Below the pieces are notes generated by a model. The model saw nothing but the letters and a program-made list of their open reading frames with translations, was not told the DNA's origin and did not search any database. The position numbers were made by a program, and so were the translations under genes. Source: Octopus sinensis (taxonomy: Eukaryota). From it: 64,000 nucleotides of DNA. The stretch covers positions 53,382,001 to 53,446,000 of the forward strand of contig NC_043012.1 in the NCBI RefSeq assembly GCF_006345805.1. Direction: 5' to 3'. Shown here piece after piece: positions 1 to 14,300 of the stretch; positions within the stretch are counted from its first letter, which is position 1, and every line of letters begins with the position of its first letter.

Positions 1-20
1 ACTTTTACTGATTTGACTGT

Positions 21-578
21 GGATCTTTACCTTTTGACCGACAGACTTTAAAAATAATTGTTTTGTAACTAAAACACTTTCAAACTTCGGACACTGGTAG
101 AATGTGTCATATAAAATATCTTTTACTCTTAGCATTTTTGAGAAAAAAACTTATATTTACGAAGGTATTTCACGTCAAAGTTCTCGTATTTCGGTAATTT
201 CAACCAATCAACGGCGTCCTTTCAGCTGAATAAAATTACTGCCGTTGTTTGTCAACAACAACTATCGGCGGTGTAGTTTTCGTTTGTCACTGTTATTTAT
301 GACATCGTTCGTGCGCTTGTACTGGTTTTAAGGTTTTAGGGCTAGGGTTTTAGGGTTAGGGTTAGGGTTGTCATAAATAACAGTGACAAACGAAATATAC
401 ATCGCCGGAAGTAGTAATTTTATTCAGCTGAATACACGTCATTGATTGGTTGAAATTACCGAAATACGTGAATTTTGACGTGAAATAACTTTGTAAATAT
501 AAATTTTTCTCAAAAATGCTAACAGTAAAATATATTTTGTATGACACATCCTACCAGTGTCTGAAGTTTGAAAGTGTT
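21..578. mobile_element. Foldback/MITE-like element with ~230-bp inverted arms and a TTAGGG-like repeat in the loop; right end truncated by (CA)n
   Basis: 73-304 is the reverse complement of 369-578 with scattered mismatches (aacactttcaaacttcggacactggtagaatgtgtcat vs atgacacatcctaccagtgtctgaagtttgaaagtgtt). Loop 336-369 is degenerate ttaggg repeats. Confidence 0.8.
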
Positions 579-579
579 C

Positions 580-615
<36 letters not shown>

Positions 616-1049
616 CACATACTCACGCACATACGCTTTCTTTTTCTTCGTCTGCCCTTTTCTCCCCACCTATCTCTCCTCGCTTTTTTAACCGAATTCC
701 CACCCGACAATACAACACCAACAACAGGTGAGATAACACGACACTTACAGTACATTGCCACTATATTGATGAAGCAGACACTTCACTCAAGATAAGAGCA
801 AAGAAAGGAAAACTTATGTCTCTTTATATTCTGAGACCAAGTCCCGCCGAACTTGTCTTTACCCCCCCCCCTTTTACGGTATCAATAAAAAATACCACTT
901 ATGCACTAATGTCAATAAGATATTGCACTAACATCTAGTCCAAAATATGGTGCTTTGCATATTTTTCCGTTGGTTCTTTTATTCGTTTCAGCCATGTAGT
1001 TGCGGTCATGCTGGAGCACCACTAATATTGGAATTCGTTTTGTGTTATA

Positions 1050-1283
1050 TCTATTTCTTTACTACCCACAAGGGGCTAAACACAGAAGGGACAAACAAGG
1101 ACAGACAAACGGATTAAGTCGATTATATCGACACCAGTGCGTAACTGGTACTTATTTAATCGACCCAGAAAGGATGAAAGGCAAAGTCGACCTCGGCGGA
1201 ATTTGAACTCAGAGCGTAACGGCAGACGAAATACGGCTACGCATTTCGCCCGGCGTGCTAACGTTTCTGCCAGCTCGCAGCCT
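1050..1283 (-). mobile_element. tRNA-derived SINE, family A, full-length copy
   Basis: Minus strand has A-box-like tggcagaa and B-box gagttcaaattcc, then the core gtcgactttgcctttcatcctttc..gtcgattaaataagtaccagt. Near-identical copies at 27195-27428 and 62980-63200; degenerate copies at ~2325, 3680, 4720, 7340, 14380, 17135, 49290, 59645, 60700-61350 and 61880. Confidence 0.9.
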
Positions 1284-1654
1284 TATTTTGTACTATATTA
1301 TGAATGTCATCTTAAGGCAGAAACAATAGCACGCCAAACAAAATATTTAGCATTATTTCTTCCGTATTTACAGAGTTCAAATTCCGCCGACGTCGACTTT
1401 GCCTTTCATCCGTTCTGTATCGATAAAATAAGTGCCCCTTGAGCACTAGGGTCGATGTAATTACTGAAGTAAGGGGGTAAGTGCCAAAATTTGAAACCGA
1501 TATGCTGAATGCCACAGAATCATTGATGCGACGAACAAAATACCTCATCGACTTTATTTATCTAGGTCCTCTCTTTACTTTCTGATTTCAAATTTCGCTT
1601 GAATTGACTTTTCCTTTCTTCTTTCCGATATTCATACCAAGTAGTACCTGTAGT

Positions 1655-2042
1655 GGAGCCGCAATGGCCCAGTGGTTAGGGCAGCGGACTCGCGGTCATA
1701 AGATCGCGGTTTCGATTCCGAGACCGGGCGTTGTGAGTGTTTATTGGGTGAAAACACCTAAAGCTCCACGAGGCTCTGGCAGGGGATGGTGGTGATCCCT
1801 GCTGTACTCTTTCACAACAACTTTCTCTCACTCTTTCTTCCTGTTTCTGTTGTACCTGTATTTCAAATGGCCGGCCTTTCTCTTTGCCACTCTCTTTGTC
1901 ACGCTGAATATCCCCGAGAACTACGTTAAGGGTACACGTGTCTGTGGAGTGCTCAGCCACTTACACGTTAATTTCACGAGCAGGCTGTTCCGTTGATTCG
2001 GATCAACCGGAACCCTCATCGTCGTAACCGACGGAGTGCTCC
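1655..2042 (+). mobile_element. tRNA-derived SINE, family C
   Basis: Head has tggcccagtggttagggcagcggact (A box) and ggtttcgattcc (B box). The 3' part cacgttaatttcacgagcaggctgttccgttgat recurs at ~6800-6910 and, inverted, at 60265-60590; the head recurs inverted at 61690-61875. Confidence 0.85.
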
Positions 2043-3032
2043 CAAGTACCTGTAATGCAGTGCAGATCACTTTAATCATCTGTAGCATCCCCCGACATTT
2101 CTACCTATATGTCCATAGTAGAAATTATATGTGTGATATTAAATATTCATATCAGAAAATCAAATCTATTTCTTGCTTAGATTGTTGAACTTGTAGAAAT
2201 ACAACAATCAATATAAATGAGTTTAATTGGTTACAGAAGTAAATGAGATCATTAACTTCATTAATGCTCTCAGAAGTAAATTAGATAACTATGGAAACTT
2301 TATAATTATGGTTTCACATTTTGGCACAGGGCCAGCAATTTCGGGTGAGTGGGTATGTCGATTACAATGACTCCAGTGCTCAACTGGTACTCATTTTATC
2401 GGGCCCAAAAGGGATGAAAAGCAAAGTCGACCTCGGTGGAATTTGAACTCAGAACCTCGATCGGGGTGCTAACGATCCTGCCAGCACGCCGCTTTGGGAA
2501 ACTTTACAATAATAAAATGCTTATGTAACATCAGCACTTAGATATATTAAACTAGAATAAACAATGAAATCTACTAGACGTTTACCATTGAATAGGCTTT
2601 TTAAGCAGGCGTTGGCGATTTTATCAGTTACATTTTTATTCTTATGATCCTTTGCGACCTCTGGCCCAGCAAGCACAACACGCCAGGCTATTGTTAGTAA
2701 TGTCATTGGATTTAATAGAGTAACAGATGAGATGATTAACCGTAGAACCTTTACTAAATAGCAAAATAGACACCAAAACCAGCACACACATACAACATGC
2801 TTAAAATAATTAATGATATATTTACAATGAGTTTAAAGAAGAATATTGTTTAAATACTGCGCCGACGATTTTATCAATTATAACAATATTTCCACGAGCC
2901 TTCGTGACCTACTGCAAAGCGCACGAACAAAACACCATTAATCTTATTATTGTAATTGAATCTCATTGATAAGTAAATAACGAATTAGAGGTAGCAGTAG
3001 TAGATATATACTTATCAGCTTTTAGTGTCCAT

Positions 3033-3194
3033 TATAGTAAGATAACAGTCTGACGCTGTTTGGAGGAGGGGTTTGGAGGGTAAAGGAGGAGGTTGAAATA
3101 AAATAAAATAAATCTATATTTTATTTTATTTCACCCTCCTCCTTTACTTTTCTAACCTCTCCCACTAACGGCGTTACCAACTTGTCTTATTATA
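3033..3194. repeat. Short foldback palindrome (MITE-like)
   Basis: 3080-3110 pairs with 3117-3147 with one mismatch; outer ends also pair (tatagtaagataac / gtcttattata). Confidence 0.7.
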
Positions 3195-4116
3195 CTCTTA
3201 CCATGTTGCCTGAGATACACCGATACAGTGTCCATTATATTTGCAAGCTTTCACAAAGTGGGAAAATGAGACAGTTGTTGATCTTCAGTTTGTTCCGCAA
3301 TAAATTTTTTGTGAAGGCCCAAACTGAGATCTTGAAACCGATTGCTTGAAAAATGTATTTGATAAAGAAGTGATGCTGCTAAAAATCTACGATATCTGAT
3401 GCTGAAGTAAACTAACGAGTGCCAAATGAATCCATCAGTCCAATGCAGAGCACCCTGTAATAACTATGATGTTTTGACAACATTTTGGCTTAAGCAAGAG
3501 TTTTTCCTCTGCGACATACTGAAGTGGAAGGCATTTACGTGTTCAACTACCTTTCAAACACATTTGTACTGCTCTTATATTTGTAATTTTCCCCTCGCTT
3601 CGCATACCTATTCGAGAATGCAATGTATGTTAAGCTCAAATCTATATAGGGTTGACGAATATTGGTTTCAAATTTTGACACAAGGTCAGCAATTTTGGGG
3701 GTCGAATGGTCGATTACATCGACCCCAGTGTTCAACTGGTACCTATTTTATTGACACATAGAGGATGAAAAGCACAGCTCACCTCGGGAAAATTTGAACG
3801 CAGAAAATAATGACGGACGAAATGCCGCTAAGCATTATTTGCCCAGTTTAGTAACGATTTTGCAGGTTAGCCGCCTTCCAAGTGACAAGTATTGACCACA
3901 GGAATATTGACCACAAAAATACTGATTACCATTTGTGTGGCAGAGTGATTATTTACAGAAAGCCATCTTATATGTATCTATCTAGAGATGATGTTACTAA
4001 TAATTTGTTTATATATCATAATTCGTCTATGTTTCACAATTACTATTTTTGTTAGGCGGAGGACAACAGACATTGTAACTTGCATTTATATATAACGGGT
4101 ATTGTATCTTCATATA

Positions 4117-4625
4117 CCATATATCCTCGAGTATAATCCGCATTTTTTCCCAAGATTTAAAGGTCAAAATACCTAGTGCGTACTATATACGAGGTTAAAA
4201 GGAAAATTATTTTCTAAGCAATGTTCGAGACACTATTTGCTGTCCGTCAATGCTTATTCAGACGTATTTTGTGATGTCTGGCGCAAAAATGCCTTAAGCT
4301 AAGCCTGAAAGCAATGAAGTCATAAAAGAATCATCCATAACTTGCAATAAGCAACATTTATTAAACGTTATTACTGTTATTTCTTTATTTTTTGCAAACA
4401 AAATGCACAAAAAAGCTACACGTTTGCATTATGTTATATATACAATAATAATAAAGGACGTTACCGTATACAGTTTTACAAACCAAGGACGTTATATAGT
4501 CCTCTTTGACTCAAGTTAGAGAAGGGGTGCGTATTATACGCAAGGTTTAGGTTTTCTGAGGTACAGCCCCCTAAAAATCCCCTGCGTATTATACTCAAGG
4601 GCAGACTATACTCGAGGATTTACGG
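4117..4625. mobile_element. Tc1/mariner-superfamily MITE (Tc2/pogo-like)
   Basis: TIRs ccatatatcctcgagtata / tatactcgaggatttacgg, TA on both flanks, no ORF. Confidence 0.75.
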
Positions 4626-5403
4626 TATACGTTTCATCTACATCGATGAACCTGCAGTCGACGTGAACTACCTATTTTAGGAATTTTCTTCTTCAAACTC
4701 GAGCTATGATAATCCTTTCTATTATAGGCACAAGAATGAACTTTGTGGGGAGGGCAATAGTCGATTACATCGGCCCCAGTACTTCACTGGTTCTTAATTT
4801 ATCAACCCCGAAAGGATGAAAGGAAAAATCGACCTTGGCGGAATTTGAACTTAGAACATGGAGACAGACGAAATACCTATATCTTTACTACCCACAAGGA
4901 GCTAAACACAGAGTGGACAAACAAGGACAGACAAACGATTTAAGTCGATTTACTTAGTCTATTATAATGATATTCAAAGAACACTAAGCTATCGTAGACT
5001 TTCGAATTTAATTCTTCATAAACACTTAGATCGCAGTAGACATATATTCTTCAAACCATTTTTTTAACAATAGAACAGTATCGGTTGCATTATTTGAACA
5101 AATTGACACAGAAGCTCCATAGGACATATTTACTGATACAACATGAGAGCCATAATGGTTTTACACGAGCTCTAAAGGTTTTGCATTAAGTACATACTCG
5201 AAAACGTATATATAGGGCCTTCCGAAGTGAATTTCTCACTCACCCATTTCATGAACAGCATTAACGTTTTCACAAATTATATAATCTAGAGAACTGTTTA
5301 TTGCATTACATCTCATTATATCAGCCATTTCATTGTTGTTAGTGTTGTTGTTGTTGTTGTTGTTATTATTATAATTATTATTATCATTACTAGTGGTAGT
5401 AGC

Positions 5404-5435
<32 letters not shown>

Positions 5436-5457
5436 GAGCAGCGTAAAACCATGCAGT

Positions 5458-5496
<39 letters not shown>

Positions 5497-6705
5497 CACA
5501 GATATATATGTATATATACATTACACAGATATATATGTATATATACACACACACACTCACACATATAAATATATATATATATATATGCCATAATATACAT
5601 ATATTAAAAGCCTCAGTATAGAATATATAACGTGGTGTACTTGATTTTGATAAATTACTTGAAAGGCACTTCATTTCAATTCCATAAAAATAGGTCACCC
5701 GTTTGTTCAAGTTTGTGTGAATATGAAATAAGTAAACAGCAAATTAAAAGTTTGACACTGGTAGAGTTAACAAAATATCTTATTAGAAAGTGCAATAAAT
5801 ATTAACGGCATGTTCAACTATTAAACCATTTTATGATCTTAATATCCATTTAATACAATCGAAATACTCTATTGCACTAAATTTCAAAGGAAAAAAAAAA
5901 CATCTTTTTCCATCATATATATGTATACATAAATATCCAATAAAAAGGTTCTCGTTAGTTGGAATTGAGGAGAAACTGCACGCAACGTTTATGTCTACGA
6001 GTCTATGTGAAATTAAATTTGTTATATATATTATTTTCGAGAGTGGCAGATCTCATTACATTATATGGTTATATCTAAGTGTCAGTTATAGGAATATGTT
6101 TGTTTGTTAATGTGTATGTGCATGTCAGTGGATTTCTGCGAGGTTATATGCAACTGCAAAAGGAATGGGAGGCTGCAGCCAGCGTTGCCATGAGAAGCAA
6201 ATGCGTTAGATTTGGTTCTAATATATTCACTTCAATGAAACCCAATAAGCTTCGCCAAAAACCGTTCCAGACTATATTCGCTGGAATGGCGACAAGAAGC
6301 TATGCTCTGTCTTTAAATGCAATCGTTTAACATAGAATGGCTATCAGACGCAGAGCTTTCTTATAATGTATTCTAAACTGTAGGCCTTGAATACACACAA
6401 GATGCAATCTATAATTTATTTCATATACTATTGGCTAGAATCCGTTCGACATATTATTTCCTAAATCCACTTCACAAGAACTAAATCTAAATTATTGGTT
6501 GGATGATCCTCCCCTTCAAAATTTTAATATGCGGCCATGGTAGGGCCGAATGGATCGACCCAGTACTCTCATTTTAAGCATGGTACTTATTCTATCAGTC
6601 CCTTTCGCCAAACCATTAAATTGCATGGACATAAACATGCCAACACCGGTTGTAAAGCGCTGGTAGAGGACATACACTGACACAAAAGGCACACATACAT
6701 ATGTG

Positions 6706-6737
<32 letters not shown>

Positions 6738-8875
6738 ATATATGTATATGACGGGCCCCTTTTCAGTTTTCGTCTACCAAAACCTTGAGAACAACATTAA
6801 AGATACGCATGTCCGTGGAGTGCTCAGCCACTTGCACGAAGATAGTTTCATGATAAGGCTGTTCCGATGATTGGATCAACTAGAGATTTCGTCGCTGTAA
6901 CCGACGGATGCCAATATCTGATCAGAGATGACGTTTACTGATAGAGAGGGAGAGAGATAGAGAGAGAAATGTTGGTAAAAGTATGCCGATGTCTTTAAAA
7001 TAGGATCATAAGCCAAATTTCTTAAAAAAGTAAATGGAATCAAAGGAATTACTTCACATCATCGCCAAACAATTAATTTGTTAATTATAATTAATAATTA
7101 AGACATTGACTACTAATTGATACGTATATATTCAGTATTACTAGACCACAAGTTTGTAAAAGGTAAATAAAATCGATCGAATGCGAACTGAATATTTACT
7201 TGATGGTGCTAACCTTGGAGAAATGAAAAGCAAACTCAACTCCAACGAGATTTGAAAACAGATCGTGGAGGATTGACACTCCACGTTTTATGCCTCTCAA
7301 ACACGCCAATAATTAATTCTATTATATGAGAAAGCTTGGAATTGTGTGTAGGGTGTGTAGTTGATTAGATCGGCACATATGCTCAACTGGTACCTATTTT
7401 ATCGTCTGCGACAGATGAAAAGTGAAGTCGACCTCGACGGAATTTGAACTCAGAACGTAAAGACGGATGAAATGCCGCAAACCATTTTCCCCGGCGCGCT
7501 AACGATTCTGACAGCTCACCGCCTTCATTTACTCTAATAATTATTTCTGCTAGAAGAACAAGTCCTGAAAAGGACTACTCAATTTCATCGACCCCAGGGT
7601 TCAACAGATTAATTCAGGGTAAACCCTACCTTAAAATCCCTGATTACTCTGCCATCCTCAATGCTTGAAAATCTACCCGCTTCCATTCAGTTTCATTACT
7701 CTTGCAACTCTCGTCCACCTTTTGATAAACACACTAGAAGGCAGCACCTCTCTGCCCTCACTTTTCTCTTCAAAAGATATTTGAAGTAATTGATAAGAGC
7801 TTGGCCAGATAGGAAAGTGCCTGTCTTCAAACTTTTCCGACGGGTCTACCACAGAGCTTCTTTTACCACAGCCACTAAGCAGAGAAATATCTGCCTTCCT
7901 ATAACAAAGGAAAAGCTCATACATAGCTTGTGAAATTGATGAAAGAAGCAAAGGATAAAGCGAGTTTCTTGAGTAGCGGGAACAATTTGAAGTCACTTAT
8001 TAACTCTTTCATTGCCCACAGGAAACTATCAATGTAAAAAACCTTCAGTTGTCTCATTCTTATTTTCAAAATATTTCTCCTCTTCTTTCTATGAAGTAAT
8101 TCTCATTGGATTTTTCGTGAAAAAGAAAGAAGCACACTTGATTAAAACAAGCAAATTTGGAAATGCATCTCGATTTTTATATTAAGAATGGCTTAGTTAT
8201 ATTTATAAAGGACGTATTTTTTGTTCAATACTACATTTGTAATTGCGACGAAAAAGCAATTCCAAACTTTAATTCGTCCTACTAATTGAAACTAATTCTA
8301 ACAATATTAATATCACATCATTTCCCAGGGCGGTTGATAAAATAAACAGCAAAAAATTATTACAGAAAGAACATAAAATGGAAAACTGAAAATTGAGTTT
8401 CTTGGTGATACAAAACCAGAAATAATTTTTAAAAGTATATGAAATAATGTAGAACGGAACAAAGAATTCATGTTTACGTTAGTTTATTTCAAATAAATAT
8501 GAATGCTGATATAAAACCCTCAAACATCTAAGAACAAAATACCAGTAACAAGTGGCACCGAAGAATATTAGCTTGTCCATCTTATTTAGATCTGTCCTAT
8601 TCATATGAAAGTTAAAATTGATACTTAGTTTCAATATCATATGTTTCTATGTATATATGTGTGTGTACATACGTATGTGACTTGGTTCACAATTTCTTTC
8701 TTAGCCCCACCTCTCATCCTGGCTCATTCCCCTGCTCCCGCCCATGCGTCCGCACTTACCCCTATCTCTCCAACACCACCATCCACACAGGCACCCATCA
8801 TCGTCCCTATCATATCACTGACTCCTTACCCGCACTTCTAGCAACGTCAATTTCTGCATCCCCTGCTCTTTCTGA

Positions 8876-9103
8876 TTAGCTGACCGGTTTACGAAGCACC
8901 TCCGAGACATTAAACTCAGCAATGACAGCCCGGTCTCGCGCCATTTCTACTCTACTGGTCATTTATTACAACACCTGTCTGTGTTTGGATTGTCTTTGTA
9001 CAGGGGCCATCCGGATTTCGCCTTCGCCGTGAACAGGGATTAATCTTCTCTCTTCGCTCCTTTGCATCACAAGGAATCAAATCTCCTCTCCTCTTCATCT
9101 GAC
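8876..9103 (+). pseudogene. PLE GIY-YIG endonuclease C-terminal fragment (Neptune/Poseidon-like), frameshifted
   Basis: Manual translation LADRFTKHLRDIKLSNDSPVSRHFYSTGH...FRLRREQGLIFSLRSFASQGIK matches the PLE endonuclease tail pattern RF.EH..DI...PV.RHF...GH...E..LI..L....P.G.N. It is followed by a pLTR-like segment at ~9600-9825. Confidence 0.75.
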
Positions 9104-9816
9104 ACCCTCCTCTCCTCTTCATATGCCACCTACTTCTTCTCCTCACTCTCACCCACCTCTCCTCTCTTGCCCTGACCCCTACTTCCTCTGTTCACTCCAA
9201 CCCATCTTCTCCCTTCATTGATGCCCCTCCATCCACACCCCACCACCACACATCGTACTCCCACATATCCCACTCTTACCCTCACATCTCCACCCCCACA
9301 TCCTCACCCCCAACCTCGCACCCCACCATCATATCCCCATACCTTAAAACTGCTACATCACGCCATCACCACACCACCAAACGATATCACAACACCCCAG
9401 ATCACTCCGCACACAAGAGCACTGACCACTTCCCAGCACACACACCATCATCCACACACTCACACATTACAGTCGTACACACACATAAAAGTCACCAGCC
9501 CCTAATCCACACGCACATACTTAGACACTCTCACATACACACGCACGAGCACCACCGCTTTGGGATCACTAGTACTTTATTATCTCCTCTTCTTCCTGGC
9601 TCTCCTGTCCAACTATACTTGTCCAACCAGTCGCCATGATTGACTGCTAAATCCAAAAGTATTTTTTCTCTCTGTTTATTTCATCGTGTTCCTTTCTGTT
9701 GAAGTGCGTAAACTCGAAACGTAAAATGCTTCTCACATTCCCGAGCGTCAAACTAATACACCTGCTTGTTGTTTATGCAACTGTCTTCGTCCTTTGTTTT
9801 TTCTGTAAATTTCAAC

Positions 9817-9854
<38 letters not shown>

Positions 9855-10249
9855 ATATACATATGATATAAAAGGATAGAATCAGGTACAACATATTCGT
9901 GAGCTGCCGGTCGTGGGGAGATCTTTCGCTGCGGAAATAACGCAAAAAGATATTACTCCTTACTGTCTAATATGTGAAAATGCATGAATGAACTTAGATG
10001 TCAAGGCGTATGCATTTCTGCATATTTGTAAGTCCTCGTCACAGTCACGAAAACCGAATTTGAGTTCAGAACCCTATATGAAGAATAATTCTTATTCACA
10101 GCAACACTACAGAGTACGTTTACTGATGTGTTTAACACTTGGATTTGATTAGCCGGTGGCACGCAAAGCAATGTCTGATAAAATATAACCGGCTACAACC
10201 ATATTTAATACGATGCGATACAGTGACATGCTAAGATCTTTCACTGCAG

Positions 10250-10740
10250 AAATAGTCTCTCATTTGATCCTTTTTTCCCCTTGTGGAGCATAGGGCCTCG
10301 ATAGTAGTTTTCCACTTTTTGCGGTCATTGGCATGTTTCTTGGCTGCTTCCCATGTCAGGTTGGTGGTTCTGAGCTCATCCAAAATGCTCAACTTCCATG
10401 TCTGCTTCGGGCGTCCTCGCTTCCTTTTCTCCCCTGCGGGTTTCATTCAAGTGCTTGTCAGGTCATATTTGAGGGTTCTTTCCTCAGTGTGTGTCTCATC
10501 TATCTCCATTTCCTTCGTCTAATCTGAACATGTATGGGCTCCTGGTTGGCCCTTTTCCACATGTCGGTGTTTGGCACTCTGTCGAACTGCTTCAGATGGA
10601 GGATCTGCCGGAGACTTTTGTTGATGAAGGTCTGGATCTTCTTGTAGTTGCTGCATGTGGCTCTCTATGTTTCAGAGCCATACAAAAGCACAGATTTTAC
10701 TTTTGAACTAAATAAGCGGAGTTTAGTTTGAGTTAAGATG
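10250..10740 (-). mobile_element. RTE-clade LINE 3' fragment
   Basis: ORF track gives KRKRGRPKQTWKLSILDEL...DRKKWKTTIEALCSTRG; upstream frames give VLLYGSET and IRRRKWRWIGHTLRK. Confidence 0.8.
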
Positions 10741-10970
10741 GCAGTGGACTTCCGGAAATAGTCTAAGAACAAGATAAAAACATACGGGTGCTTCCTGCCT
10801 GAGTGCGCGCAGCGAGCAAGGATTGACGCATTTCTAACGATTCAATGACCTCATTCAAAGCCCAATGTGTTTAAAGATATCCGAGGATGCACTTGGTTCC
10901 CACATCCGAGTGTACACGATTATATTTTATTCGACCTTGCTTCGTACGACACTTATATATATATATACAT

Positions 10971-11361
10971 AGGCGCAGGAGTGGCTGTGTGGTAAGTAGC
11001 TTGCTTACCAACCACATGGTCCTGGGTTCAGTCCCACTGCGTGGCATCTTGGGAAAGCCTCGGGCCGACCAAAGCCATGTGAGTGGATTTGGTAGACGGA
11101 AACTGGAAAGAAGCCTGTCGTATATATGTATATATATATGCGTGTGTGTGTTTGTCCCACTAGCATTGCTTGACAACCGATGCTGGTGTGTTTATGTCCC
11201 CGTTACTTAGCGGTTCGGCAAAAGAGACCGATAGAATAAGTACTGGGCTTACAAATGAATAAGTCCCGGGGTCGAGTTGCTCGATTAAAGGCGGTGTTCC
11301 AGCATGGCCGCAGTCAAATGACTGAAACAAGTAAAAGAGTAAAAGAGAGAGAGTAAAAGAG
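10971..11361 (+). mobile_element. tRNA-derived SINE, family B, full-length with internal (TA)/(TG) microsatellite
   Basis: A box tggctgtgtgg, B box gggttcagtcc and a (gtaaaaga)n tail. Other full copies at 35557-35957(-), 41738-42185(+), 44015-44450(+) and 55465-55870(-); partial copies at ~6535, 26985, 33740 and 52440. Confidence 0.9.
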
Positions 11362-14300
11362 TACATGTACATATGCACATATACATACATAAACAGATAT
11401 ATATATTTACATGTATGTATGTATGTATACATGCATTTATGTATGCATGTATATGCATGTATATATGCATGTATATACATGTATATACATGCATGTATTT
11501 TATAACAACAATGGATTTTAATTTTCGTAAAATGCCATTTTATAATGCTATTTTTACTCAAGAAATAAGGAACTGCCTCGCCAGAAAATTTGGAATCGAC
11601 AAAACACATGCTTCCGCAATATTCAAAATTACCAAAAATTGTTTCCACAGAATATTAACAAACATAACACGTTTTTGGCGAGGATTATCCTAAGAATGTC
11701 CAATATTCCCAATTTCACATATACTATTCAAATATAATGCCAACGTTTTTATGTCTCATGTTTTAGAGTGACAGAGCTTAGAACAAAGAATCATACAGAA
11801 AATTCAGAATTTCAGTGACATATATTTGACTCCCAAGAACCATAAATTTCAACGTCAGTTGGAAAACTTTGAAATATGCGAAAGCATACGAACAACATTC
11901 AAGGTTGTTTTATTTATGTTTCACTGAAAAGCTAGAATTTTTTTTTACAATTCCTGATATATATCTTGAACAGAATTTTCAAACCAAAATTTTTTTGGTT
12001 TGAAAATTCTAGAATCATATTTGTCAGAATATGATTCTTGATATTAGATCATATTTATCTAAAATTAATAGAATACTAGACCGTTAGCTACGTATTTACA
12101 TCACAGTCGTTTTCTAAAGGAAATTTACCCTTACAATGACTGGGCTTACCCCTTTATTCGTATTATCTGCTGCTTACATATATAATGATAAGTGTATTAT
12201 ACTTCGCAAAATGTTATACTGTTATAAAGGTTTATAATCAACTCTCATCTTTGAAACTATACATTCTAATCTTACCCACTTTATCATTCTACCCCCGTCA
12301 CATACTCCTGTAGTTCCTCTCTCTGCACCCATCCTTTTTCACTCTTCTGCCCCAGCATAGCTACAGCTCGTGAGCTGATACTAGATAAAAAAAATAAAAT
12401 AAATATGTATGTATTTTATCGTTTGGAGAAATTAGTGTGTGGTTGGAGGGGCGTGAATGTGTGTACACGCGCGCGTGTGTATGTACGTATGCATGTATGT
12501 TTGTATATATGTATGCATGCATATATTTATGCATTCATGTATGTATGTATACATGCATGTATGTATACATGCATGTATGTATACATGCATGTATGTATAC
12601 ATGCATGTATGTATGCATGCGTGTATATATACACGTATGTTTGTGAAGCAGTGTACAAAAACGCAAATAGGAGGATTATATATTTAAATATAACCAAGGA
12701 TACATACACATATACATACCCCCATTCGCATATACACATGCATGTGTTGTTTTTGATTCTGTGTGGGTTTCTGTCGGTGGGTGGAGATATATGTATATCT
12801 GGATATGTTTATATGCAGATATCAAAATGTGGTTATCTATATGAACATATATTGTGCATTTGCGTGCATGTTTATGTATATCTGACCTAGATATATGTAA
12901 ACATGTATTTCTTAGATACGTGATAATTAGAAATACTGGGAGTAAACTGTTGCAATTCTGTGTGTTTGCGTGTAGTTGTGTATGTGTGTGATTTAACGTA
13001 TATGTCTTTGTGTATGTTTTAAAAGTAAAATTATCTTATGTAAAGGCTTTTCATGACTGGAGCATAAAGGAGTTTTATATAAAATATGCCTGACAGGTGA
13101 AGGTTACATCATAGAGAATATTCAGTGAATGAAATTGTGATAAACTTTATTATCTCGCTGCCAGAAGATTTCGAGTGCATTTAAAGGCGACCAACTGTTG
13201 TGTAATGAAAGGTCACTGATAAGACGTACTAAGAAGCTACGTAGCTATTCTGTGAGAGAAGAAAAAAAACACAACAAATAACTCTATATTGCAATGTAAG
13301 AATGAGAAAATGTACTTAGTTTGACAATTGTAGGCCTTTTATTTAAAGTAACTTTTATCGAACTGGAACACATTAGATGGAGTTTTGATTCATGGTTGTA
13401 TAGAATGAAGCAAATCTTTATCACAAATGCATTTAAAATAAACTTTAATGCCTATAAAGTTGACGTATTCATTAGAAATTGTTCTGATATTGTCAAAAAC
13501 ATTCAACGCATTGAGATGTTTACTTCAGATGAAAAAGAATTTTATATGCTTCAGCTGTTGATGTTCTTGTTATTGCTGCTATTATTGTCGTGGTTGTTGT
13601 TGTTGGTGATGGTGGTGTTGACGCAGCTACTGTTCTGGTTGTTGCTGTTGTTGACGTCGAAGTTACTGAAGCTGTATTATAATAGTTGTTGTTATTGCTT
13701 CTGTTACTGTTAAGGTAGTCGGTGTCGAAGAATCAATACAGCTATAAACCATTCCTTTCATACGACGATGTCACTAAGTGTTAATTCTTGTGCCTTGTTT
13801 AGAATACATAAAAAGGAAAGCAGAATAAAGAACTATAAACAGGTAGTGTATTATGTAGGCCGAAAAGTTAAAGTTAAGAAATAAATACTTCTGAATGCTG
13901 AAGAACAGCAGCTCTTTGACTAAGTACAGCTGACCAAATTTCTCTGTAAGCTAAACCAAAAACCTAGAGGTTTACGAGAAACTTGATATGGGTGTATTTA
14001 TGTACCTAATGAACCTTTTAGAAATAGTAGCCAACCCTCCCTCAAATGACTCCCTACTCCCTCAAACACACATAAAAAACCAAACAAACACGACATAAGA
14101 TGGAAACAGCACATAAGACACTGTGATCCTGAGTGTAAAAGGAAGGGTACGATTGGAACGTCTTCGATTATAGATTTAGCTATTCAGAAGGAGCCGACCA
14201 GGGACGAAAAGAAGCGAAAGCAACATAAAGAGGCGTAAGAACTAATGGAAGAAATTTCACATAGAAGTCTCACTGACAAGAAAGAACAACCAAATCTCTC

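Noticed and set aside
1655-1730. tRNA gene
   Set aside because: A/B boxes are present but run into a SINE body repeated elsewhere; no complete cloverleaf or poly-T terminator.
13540-13735. Thr-rich mucin-like frame on the minus strand
   Set aside because: Degenerate ACA/AAC repeat; the Thr-rich reading switches frames and the best acceptor leads to a stop.
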